34,081 bases of DNA. Source: Octopus bimaculoides (lineage: Eukaryota). Positions within the stretch are counted from its first letter, which is position 1, and each line of letters starts with the position of its first letter. The DNA is taken from NCBI RefSeq assembly GCF_001194135.2, contig NC_069001.1:17823629-17857709 (forward strand), given 5' to 3'. The notes beneath the pieces are model-generated. The model saw only the letters and a program-made list of their open reading frames with translations, searched no databases and had not been told where the DNA came from. This document shows positions 11,332 through 20,864 of the stretch, piece after piece. Both the position numbers and the translations under genes were made by a program.

Positions 11332-13387
11332 NNNNNNNNNNNNNNNNNNNNNNNNNNNNNNNNNNNNNNNNNNNNNNNNNNNNNNNNNNNNNNNNNNNNN
11401 NNNNNNNNNNNNNNNNNNNNNNNNNNNNNNNNNNNNNNNNNNNNNNNNNNNNNNNNNNNNNNNNNNNNNNNNNNNNNNNNNNNNNNNNNNNNNNNNNNNN
11501 NNNNNNNNNNNNNNNNNNNNNNNNNNNNNNNNNNNNNNNNNNNNNNNNNNNNNNNNNNNNNNNNNNNNNNNNNNNNNNNNNNNNNNNNNNNNNNNNNNNN
11601 NNNNNNNNNNNNNNNNNNNNNNNNNNNNNNNNNNNNNNNNNNNNNNNNNNNNNNNNNNNNNNNNNNNNNNNNNNNNNNNNNNNNNNNNNNNNNNNNNNNN
11701 NNNNNNNNNNNNNNNNNNNNNNNNNNNNNNNNNNNNNNNNNNNNNNNNNNNNNNNNNNNNNNNNNNNNNNNNNNNNNNNNNNNNNNNNNNNNNNNNNNNN
11801 NNNNNNNNNNNNNNNNNNNNNNNNNNNNNNNNNNNNNNNNNNNNNNNNNNNNNNNNNNNNNNNNNNNNNNNNNNNNNNNNNNNNNNNNNNNNNNNNNNNN
11901 NNNNNNNNNNNNNNNNNNNNNNNNNNNNNNNNNNNNNNNNNNNNNNNNNNNNNNNNNNNNNNNNNNNNNNNNNNNNTATATATATATATATATGCATACA
12001 TGTATATGTATACATATGTATATATATAGATGTACATGTAATATGTTCACATATACACATATATATATGCATACAGATATCTATACATATATATACACCC
12101 ATCACACACACATACACATGCACACAAACACACACATTAGTCATTTGTTTTCTTATCCAAAACTACGTCAAAAGTACTGAATGGATCTTTATGAAATTTG
12201 GAAATTATATCCTATGCATAACGGCCATAACCCCCATGAAAATTCATATATTTTTGATGTTGATGAAATTTTAACCATACATATTACACATAAATAAAGC
12301 AATGTTTCTAAAATTTCTTCTTCATAGAAGTTACAAAGACTCCTTCGTGGGTACTTCACACCCACAATTTAGTCATTTTTCCTAAGCAAAGAGGAATACA
12401 GTTGTACCATTGGAAGCTATAGGGTCACCTGAACATACAGATGAGCATTATTTGTAATTCAACGGTACAACAGTGTAAGACTATCCTTTCAGATATACTT
12501 ACATTGTGATTTCTGCAATGTGGTGCATAAATTGTCAAAATGAGACGCATCTTTGCCTCCACTGATTCACTTGCAAAGTGTTGAGTAAAATTATTTCGTT
12601 GCAGACCTCCTTTGAGTCTTTTTATTATCACTGCGATTCACATAGTCCCCAGTTGGTAACATTGATTTCAAGGCCTTCCCAGATGAGAGACTGGTTGTTC
12701 TAAGACATTTATCGATTGTAAATTTTGTCTGCATAATTACTTATCGGTATANNNNNNNNNNNNNNNNNNNNNNNNNNNNNNNNNNNNNNNNNNNNNNNNN
12801 NNNNNNNNNNNNNNNNNNNNNNNNNNNNNNNNNNNNNNNNNNNNNNNNNNNNNNNNNNNNNNNNNNNNNNNNNNNNNNNNNNNNNNNNNNNNNNNNNNNN
12901 NNNNNNNNNNNNNNNNNNNNNNNNNNNNNNNNNNNNNNNNNNNNNNNNNNNNNNNNNNNNNNNNNNNNNNNNNNNNNNNNNNNNNNNNNNNNNNNNNNNN
13001 NNNNNNNNNNNNNNNNNNNNNNNNNNNNNNNNNNNNNNNNNNNNNNNNNNNNNNNNNNNNNNNNNNNNNNNNNNNNNNNNNNNNNNNNNNNNNNNNNNNN
13101 NNNNNNNNNNNNNNNNNNNNNNNNNNNNNNNNNNNNNNNNNNNNNNNNNNNNNNNNNNNNNNNNNNNNNNNNNNNNNNNNNNNNNNNNNNNNNNNNNNNN
13201 NNNNNNNNNNNNNNNNNNNNNNNNNNNNNNNNNNNNNNNNNNNNNNNNNNNNNNNNNNNNNNNNNNNNNNNNNNNNNNNNNNNNNNNNNNNNNNNNNNNN
13301 NNNNNNNNNNNNNNNNNNNNNNNNNNNNNNNNNNNNNNNNNNNNNNNNNNNNNNNNNNNNNNNNNNNNNNNNNNNNNNNNNNNNNNN

Positions 13388-13422
<35 letters not shown>

Positions 13423-13492
13423 TTAATATATATATGCATATACACATGTATATAGATGCATATGCAGATGTGTGTATACATATAAAGTAATG

Positions 13493-13935
13493 TTCGTAGC
13501 CACTTCAACATGGCTATTCCGTTCGAACGGACTTTACTGCGATTTTTTAACCTTAAGAGGATTTTTTAACATCCTCATGCTAGTTAACGATGCATACCTG
13601 CATCCGATATATTGCGAGCGGGTGTGAGGTGAGTCCCTACCACCTTCTAGCCACGGGACCAGCATACCAGCCTGGTTTCGGGCTATTTCTGTCTCTCTCT
13701 CTTCAGTAATGGACACATCATCTTCTATAGATGGCTGTAGCTCGCTTCTGCTCGTAATATATATAAATTCAAGCGACACACAGTCGTTGATTTTGCAAAA
13801 AGCAAAAATGCTAGTTCTAAAATCTCTCTAAGAGATGAATGCAGTATTTGTACTGACAAGTGGAATATTCGTAGCCATTTCAACATGGCTGTTCCGTTCG
13901 AACGTACTTTACTGCGATTATTTAACCCCAAGAGG
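13493..13935 (-). repeat. 375-bp unit with 68-bp terminal direct repeats (13493-13560 and 13868-13935) containing a hammerhead-like motif
   Basis: The two 68-bp copies differ at about 6 positions. CTGAAGA..GAAAC lies on the minus strand between them. Confidence 0.7.
13659..13712 (-). ncRNA. Candidate minimal type-I hammerhead ribozyme
   Basis: Minus strand reads CCATTA-CTGAAGA-G(18 nt)C-GAA-ACCAGGCTGGT-A-TGCTGG. The core is canonical, stem III is near-palindromic with a GUA triplet, stem I is 5/6 paired and stem II is weak. Confidence 0.5.
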
Positions 13936-13980
13936 ACATCTTCTCTAGCTGGTTAACCCCTCGTATTTTTCCAGACATAT

Positions 13981-14340
13981 GCACAGGCGTAGTAAGGAGC
14001 TTGCTCTCCACCTATACGATTCTGGGTTCAGTCTCACTGCATGGCACAATGGGCAAGTGTCTTCTACTATAGCCTCAGGCCGACCAAAACCTTATGAGTG
14101 GATTTAGTAGACGGAAACTGAAAGAAGCCCGTCTTATATACGTGTGTGTGTTTGAATATGTTTGTTCTCCACCACCGATGGTTGAGGTGTCTAGGCCCCC
14201 GTAACTTAGCGGTTCGTGAAAAATATCGCGTTTTAAGAAATAAGACCTGGGGTCGACTTGTTCGACTAAAACCCTCCAAGGAAGTGCTCCAATATAGCCA
14301 CAGTCAAGGAAACAAGGAAAAGATAAAAGCTAAAAGATAA
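13981..14340 (+). mobile_element. Near full-length tRNA-derived SINE (same family as 6728)
   Basis: GGGTTCAGTCTCACTGCATGGCAC..GGGCAAGTGTCTTCTACTATAGCC..GACGGAAACTGAAAGAAGCCCGTC..CCCGTAACTTAGCGGTTC..A-rich tail. Confidence 0.85.
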
Positions 14341-15524
14341 CATATCTAGGATTATATTACGTAAAGTTCCTTTTCTCTTTTTAACACTGTGATAGAAGNN
14401 NNNNNNNNNNNNNNNNNNNNNNNNNNNNNNNNNNNNNNNNNNNNNNNNNNNNNNNNNNNNNNNNNNNNNNNNNNNNNNNNNNNNNNNNNNNNNNNNNNNN
14501 NNNNNNNNNNNNNNNNNNNNNNNNNNNNNNNNNNNNNNNNNNNNNNNNNNNNNNNNNNNNNNNNNNNNNNNNNNNNNNNNNNNNNNNNNNNNNNNNNNNN
14601 NNNNNNNNNNNNNNNNNNNNNNNNNNNNNNNNNNNNNNNNNNNNNNNNNNNNNNNNNNNNNNNNNNNNNNNNNNNNNNNNNNNNNNNNNNNNNNNNNNNN
14701 NNNNNNNNNNNNNNNNNNNNNNNNNNNNNNNNNNNNNNNNNNNNNNNNNNNNNNNNNNNNNNNNNNNNNNNNNNNNNNNNNNNNNNNNNNNNNNNNNNNN
14801 NNNNNNNNNNNNNNNNNNNNNNNNNNNNNNNNNNNNNNNNNNNNNNNNNNNNNNNNNNNNNNNNNNNNNNNNNNNNNNNNNNNNNNNNNNNNNNNNNNNN
14901 NNNNNNNNNNNNNNNNNNNNNNNNNNNNNNNNNNNNNNNNNNNNNNNNNNNNNNNNNNNNNNNNNNNNNNNNNNNNNNNNNNNNNNNNNNNNNNNNNNNN
15001 NNNNNNNNNNNNNNNNNNNNNNNNNNNNNNNNNNNNNNNNNNNNNNNNNNNNNNNNNNNNNNNNNNNNNNNNNNNNNNNNNNNNNNNNNNNNNNNNNNNN
15101 NNNNNNNNNNNNNNNNNNNNNNNNNNNNNNNNNNNNNNNNNNNNNNNNNNNNNNNNNNNNNNNNNNNNNNNNNNNNNNNNNNNNNNNNNNNNNNNNNNNN
15201 NNNNNNNNNNNNNNNNNNNNNNNNNNNNNNNNNNNNNNNNNNNNNNNNNNNNNNNNNNNNNNNNNNNNNNNNNNNNNNNNNNNNNNNNNNNNNNNNNNNN
15301 NNNNNNNNNNNNNNNNNNNNNNNNNNNNNNNNNNNNNNNNNNNNNNNNNNNNNNNNNNNNNNNNNNNNNNNNNNNNNNNNNNNNNGTGTGTGTGTGTGTT
15401 TGTGTGTTTGTAATTGTGCGATTTGTAACGTAAATAATGAAACCATCCCACAATAGTGAGTTTTATGTTATTCTAATGATTATTATATTAGTTCTATATA
15501 AGAAAACGATGCAATTCATTTATG

Positions 15525-15564
<40 letters not shown>

Positions 15565-15863
15565 TGTGTTTGCGTCCGTGCGTGCGTGTCTGTGTGTATT
15601 TTCTATTTACTCATATATGAATGGAAACTGTTCTTCCTCATTCAGTTAGTTGTATGTTATTATAATGATTAAATTAATACAAATACTAAGATAGACTCCA
15701 CGAATAAAACCAGTGAGGTGTAGTATTGTTATGACTGCATTACCGGCTTTAATGATATCTTGCATAGTAATTTCACGGTAATACTTTCACTTGTGTGTGT
15801 GTATCTATGGTAAACACATGGATGACACCATTACCATTTGTAATCATTATATCAGTGAATGTA

Positions 15864-16082
15864 AGGCGGCGAGCTGGCAGAATCGTTAGCACGCCGGGCG
15901 AAATACTTAGCAGTATTTCGTCTGTCTTTACTTTCTGTGTTCAAATTCCGTCGAGGTCGACTTTACCTTTCATTCTTTCGGGGTCGAAATACATTAGGTA
16001 CCAGTTGCGTACTTGGGTCGATCTAATCAACTGGTCTGCTCACTAAAAATTTCGGATCTTGTGCCTAGAGTAGAAAAGATTA
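15864..16082 (+). mobile_element. Second SINE family copy
   Basis: AGGCGGCGAGCTGGCAGAATCGTTAGCACGCCGGGCGAAA..GTTCAAATTCCG (B-box-like)..GTCGACTTTACCTTTCAT; homologous to the minus-strand copies at 32885-33215. Confidence 0.75.
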
Positions 16083-16155
16083 TATCACTGAATGTCATCT
16101 GGATTACAATTATGATAATTATAAATGGAAATATTGGACATCATTTATGGAGTTA

Positions 16156-16202
16156 ACTAGAGTGGTGAGTGTTACCCGTCTTATGACGGGTAACGTTCTA
16201 GT
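16156..16202. mobile_element. 47-bp ACTAGA..TCTAGT micro-element with a perfect 10-bp hairpin (Helitron/Helentron-terminus-like)
   Basis: GTTACCCGTC-TTAT-GACGGGTAAC at 16171-16194. On the minus strand the hairpin is followed by 10 nt and then CTAG-T. Confidence 0.45.
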
Positions 16203-16348
16203 AAATACATACATACATATGTATGTGTGTGAATGTGTGTGGATGTGTATGTGTGTATGCATGCTTACATACATGCATGTATGTATGTATGTATGTATGT
16301 ATGTATGTATGTATGAGTGTGTGTGTGTATGGATATATACATATATAT

Positions 16349-17306
16349 ACTAGAATTGAAAAAATGCGCATGCTCAAAAGGGTTACAGAATGTCATAATA
16401 AATCTTAAAAAGTATGGGACTAGCATTGTTGCTCAAAAATATTGGAATCACTATATGTTGTACATTCTGTGGCATCCTTTTTGTTACAAGAAATGTGTTT
16501 AGTTCGTCGAAATTAAGTTATATTAGAAAATAAGTTAAATTATCGTATCCTCAATTTTAACAAAACAATTGTATACAAATGCTAATGTCATCTTTCAATA
16601 GCATTGTTGCTCAAAAATATTGGAATCGCTGTATGTTGTACATTCTTTGGCATCTTAAAACGAAAAGAGACTCGTGTGTAAATTACGATGTCACGATAAT
16701 TATTAATCCGAGTTCTTAATATAAAGATTTGAAAATGTACAAAACATGATCTTTAACTTCCAATAAGTAAATTCATTATAACACTTTTCATGCCAAAATA
16801 TATATATATAAAAAAAAACTTATTTCACATTGAATGCAAATTACCATGATAATTAAAAAAAAAGACTGGATTTATGATGAAGTCGTAGCTATATAACAGC
16901 GAAAGTACGGAACAGAAATAATTATAAGCAAAGATAATTCGCATTATGATACACATATTGATGGAGTAGTTATGCAAATTAAACAAGTTATTACTAAATT
17001 AGTTTTGATTGATTACTTGTAAATTTATAAAAAATATCACTCATAGATTGAATTATTGCGTAAACATAACATTAGTATTTCAACGCATTGTTTTGTTAAA
17101 ATGGAATATACGACATTTTAACTTAATTAATTTTTAATATAACTTAATTTCGATGAACTCAACAAATTTCATCTGCTAAAATGATGCCACAAAATGTACA
17201 ACATATAATGATTCCAATATGTTTGAGCAACAATGCTAGTTCCATACTTTTTAAGGTTTCTTATGACCTGTAAACCTCTTGAGCATGCGCATTTTTCAGT
17301 TCTAGT
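16349..17306. mobile_element. Foldback/MITE-like element, about 960 bp, with about 200-bp imperfect TIRs
   Basis: 16349-16548 is the reverse complement of about 17108-17306 (roughly 80% identity by eye). Termini are ACTAGAA..TTCTAGT, and a subterminal block is copied directly (16422-16476 and 16600-16654). Confidence 0.75.
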
Positions 17307-18002
17307 TTCGTACTTTTTAAGGCAATGCTTGTAAGATTTTGTATATGTACCGTATTTCTCCCAATAGTGTGGCAGTTAATGGGTGTACTTCTGTGTGTAT
17401 GAGTGTGTGTCGGGGTTGTGGGTGCTTGTTCTTGTGTGTGAGGGTGTGTATGTCTATGTGTGCGTGCTTGTTCTTGTGTGCGAGTGTGTGTGTGTGTGTG
17501 TTTGTGCGAACGTGTTCTTGTATAGTCCAACACATCATGTTTAATTTAGCTTTAAAATTAATAGAAATCAATGTTATATTTCTTTCTTACACATTTCCTT
17601 TAATCTACATGTTGCAATATTTCGGCTCTTTGGACTATTATAACNNNNNNNNNNNNNNNNNNNNNNNNNNNNNNNNNNNNNNNNNNNNNNNNNNNNNNNN
17701 NNNNNNNNNNNNNNNNNNNNNNNNNNNNNNNNNNNNNNNNNNNNGTGAACATACATTTATATGAATAAACGTCCGAGCTTGAATGAGCGTAAAACTGACC
17801 AATGCTCTGAGAGAATTTGATAAACTGAAACTCCATGAAAGCTTGTATGTTTGCATTTTGGTGCAGACGATTGTATGAGTATTCATGTTTGTCCCCTCAC
17901 CACTTTGCAACCATTGTTTTGCTTACGGTCTTATAACTTGGTGGATCGGCTTAAGTGAGCGATTAAATGAGTACCCCACCTTAATAAACAAAATGAATGA
18001 GC

Positions 18003-20224
18003 TTGATAACTCGTGGTGTCAAGTGGTAACATGAACAACGTTTGGTGTCAGTTGGCAGCGTAAAGAACGTCTGGTGTCTGTAGGCAACTAAAGGGCGCGT
18101 GGTATCAGTTGGCAACGTATAGAAAGCGCGGTGTCTGTTGGCAACGTCAAAGACGCGTGGTATCGGTGGGAAACGTCGCGTAGTGTCAGTTGGCAATGTA
18201 AAGAACGCTTGGTGTTTGTTGGCAACGTAAAAAACGCGTAGTGTCACTTGGCAACGTAAAAGTAGTGTGGTATCTCTTGGCAACGTAAAGAATGTGTGGT
18301 GTCTGCTGGTAACGTAGAAAACGCGAGGTGTCAGTTGGTAACGTAAAGAACGCGCGGTGTCAGGTGACTACGTACGTAAAGGACGCGTGGTATCAGTTGG
18401 CAGCGTAAACAACCCGTAGCGTCTGTTGGTAACGTAAAGAACGCGTGGTATCAGTTGGCAGCGTAAAGAATGCGTAGTGTTTGTTGGCAATGTAAAGAAC
18501 GTGTGATGTCTGTTGTCAACGTAAAGAACGCTTGGTGTTTGTTGGAAACGTAAATAACGTGTAGTGTCACTTGGCAATGTAAAAGAAACGTGGTATCTCT
18601 TGGCAACGTAAAGAATGCGTAGCGTCTGTTGGCAACGTAAAGAACGCGAGGTGTCAGTTGGTAACGTAAAGAACGCGCGCTGTCAGGTGGCAACGTAAAG
18701 CACGCGTGGTATCAGTAGAAAACGTAAAGAACGCGTAGTGTTTGTTGGTAACGTAAAGAACGCGAGGTGTCGGGTGGCAATGTAAAGAACGTGTGGTATC
18801 AGTTGGCAACGTAAAAGAAACGTGGTATCTCTTGACAACGTAAAGAATGTGTGGTGTCTGTTGGTAACGTAAAAAACGCGAGGTGTCAGCTAGTAACGTA
18901 AAGAACGCCGTGTCAGGTGGCAACGTAAAAGACGCGTGGTATCAGTGGGAAACGTAAAGAACGTGTGGTTGGCAACGTAAAGAACGTGTGGTGTCTGTTG
19001 GCAACGAAAAGAACGCGTTGTGGCTATTGCCAACGTAAAGAACGCGTTGTGGCAGTTGGTAACGTAAAGAAATCTTGGTGCTTGTTGGCAACGTAAAGAA
19101 CGCGTAGTGTCACTTGGCAACGGAAAAGAAGCGTGGTATCGTTGGCAACGTAAAGAATGTGTGGTGTTTGTTGGTAACGTAAAGAACGCGCGGTGTCAGG
19201 TGGCAACGTAAAGCACGCGTACTGTCTGTTGTCAACGTAAAGAACCCGTAGTGTCAGTTGGTAACGTAAAGAACGCGCGGTGACAGGTGGCAACGTAAAG
19301 AACGCATGGTATCAGTTGGCAGCGTAAAGAACGCGTGCAGTTTGTTGGCAACGTAAAGAAGGCGAGATGTCTGATGGTAACGTAAAGAACGTGCGGTGTC
19401 AGGTGGCAACGTAAAGCACGCGTGGTATGAGTTGACTGCATAAAGAACGCGTAGTGTCTGTTGGCAACGTAAAAGACGCGTGGTATCAGTGGAAAACGTA
19501 AAGAAAGTGTGGTGTCTAATGGCAATGTAAAGAATGCGTGGCATCAGTTGGCAATTTAAAGAACGTGTAGAGTCACTTAGCAACGTAAAGAACGCGTTGT
19601 GGCAGTTGGCAATGTAAGGAACGCTTGGTGTTTGTTGGCAACGTAAGGAACGCGTAGTTTCACTTGGCAACGTAAAAAAAGCGTTGTATCCTTTGGCAAC
19701 GTAAAGAATGTGTGGTGTCTGCTGGTAACGTAAAAAACGCGAGGTGTCTGCTGGTAACGTAAAGAACGCAGTGTCAGGTGGCAACGTAAAGGACGCGTGG
19801 TATCCGTTGGCAGCGTAAAGAACGCGTAGTGTCTGTTGGCAACGTAAAGAACGAGAGGTGTCAGTTGATAACGTAAAGAACGCACGCTGTCAGGTGGCAA
19901 CGTAAAGCACACGTGGTATCAGTTGGAAGCGTAAAGAACGCGTAGTGTTTGTCAGTTGGTAACGTAAAGAACGCGTGGCGTCAGTTGGCAACGTAAAGAA
20001 CGTATAGTGTCACTTGGCAACGAAAAGACGCGTGATTTCAGTGGGAAACGTAAAGAACGTGTGGTGTCTGTTGGCAACGTAAGGTATGTGTAGTGTCTGA
20101 TGGCAACGTAAAAAACGCATTGTGGCAGTTGGCAACGTAAAGAAAGCTTGGTGCTTGTTGGCAACGTAAAGAACGCGTAGTGTCACTTGGCAACGTAAAG
20201 AATGCGAGGTGTAAGTTGGCAACA
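18003..20224. repeat. Satellite/minisatellite array of about 75 diverged 29-bp monomers (consensus about GGCAACGTAAAGAACGCGTGGTGTCAGTT)
   Basis: Direct reading; monomer count estimated from length divided by 29. Confidence 0.95.
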
Positions 20225-20450
20225 TAATGATCGCATCAGTTTTTGTGACTAGCTTGAGGTCATCTGTGAATTACAAATTTGCACGAAACGTAAAGGTGTT
20301 TAAAAGCATGCGCCTGCTAGAAATAAGAGCTGAAGTCTTAATTAAACCAAGGTACAGCACCAAAATAGCAGAGAAAAACAGTAGGCGAGGAAACGGAAAT
20401 AATGCATTCATAAGCACAAAATAAAATATTATCCAGTTTTTACTAGCTAG

Positions 20451-20509
20451 TTCGCACTGACGAGGCTCGCGGATTAAACATCTAAAAGCCGAAATATATA
20501 TATATATAT
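20451..20509 (+). ncRNA. Candidate hammerhead ribozyme core, interrupted in its (TA)n stem III by the LTR element
   Basis: CTGACGA (20457-20463), GGCT..AGCC stem II (20464-20467 and 20487-20490), GAAA (20491-20494), then (TA)n. Confidence 0.5.
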
Positions 20510-20819
20510 TGATGCAACCACCGAAAAACAAATTAATGTTATATCCCTATCTTCCGAGCTGGGTATGAAACCGTATTCTGGTTGTTGAGGATAATGGCAT
20601 TTCCTTTGTAATGTTTTGATCATGTAAAAAGAAAAAAGTTAGTTCCACTACCCACGTATGGTCTCCGTGTTATTTCTTCCTCCTGTTGCCTGTTGTCTTC
20701 GTTACGTGCTCCGGTCGGGGCTTAGTCGTGGCGGATATCCCGACTCACTGAGCGTCGACGTTCGCGCGCGCGCGAGTTTCCTCTTCGTAGAGGTGCTTCG
20801 CGTGCGGGCGTTCGTAACA
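20510..20819 (+). repeat. 5' LTR (310 bp, short form)
   Basis: TG..CA ends. 20510-20609 matches 22476-22575 (3 mismatches) and 20610-20682 matches 23397-23469 (identical). Confidence 0.85.
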
Positions 20820-20822
20820 AAC

Positions 20823-20840
20823 TGGTGTCAGAAGTGGGAT
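20823..20840 (+). promoter_or_regulatory. Primer-binding site complementary to the 3' end of tRNA-Leu
   Basis: TGGTGTCAGAAGTGGGAT is the reverse complement of ATCCCACTTCTGACACCA (tRNA-Leu CAG/CAA-type 3' end, from recall); it lies 3 nt after the LTR CA. Confidence 0.85.
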
Positions 20841-20864
20841 TGATTAATTGCTGCAGTGAGTTAG

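Noticed and set aside
12125-12290. TGGATCTTTATGAAATTTGG segment reminiscent of Helentron-associated repeats
   Set aside because: No termini or hairpin could be defined, so it is too weak to call.
12425-12631. Minus-strand ORF ending at a strong GTAAGT donor
   Set aside because: The acceptor lacks a polypyrimidine tract and the peptide has no recognisable homology.
18003-20224. CRISPR-like appearance of the array
   Set aside because: There are no unique spacers and no cas genes, and the context is eukaryotic; monomers are contiguous and diverged.
17981-20225. Overlapping minus-strand ORFs with TLPTDTTRSLRCQ repeats
   Set aside because: They are a by-product of a stop-poor 29-bp satellite read through all three phases; no single long frame is maintained.
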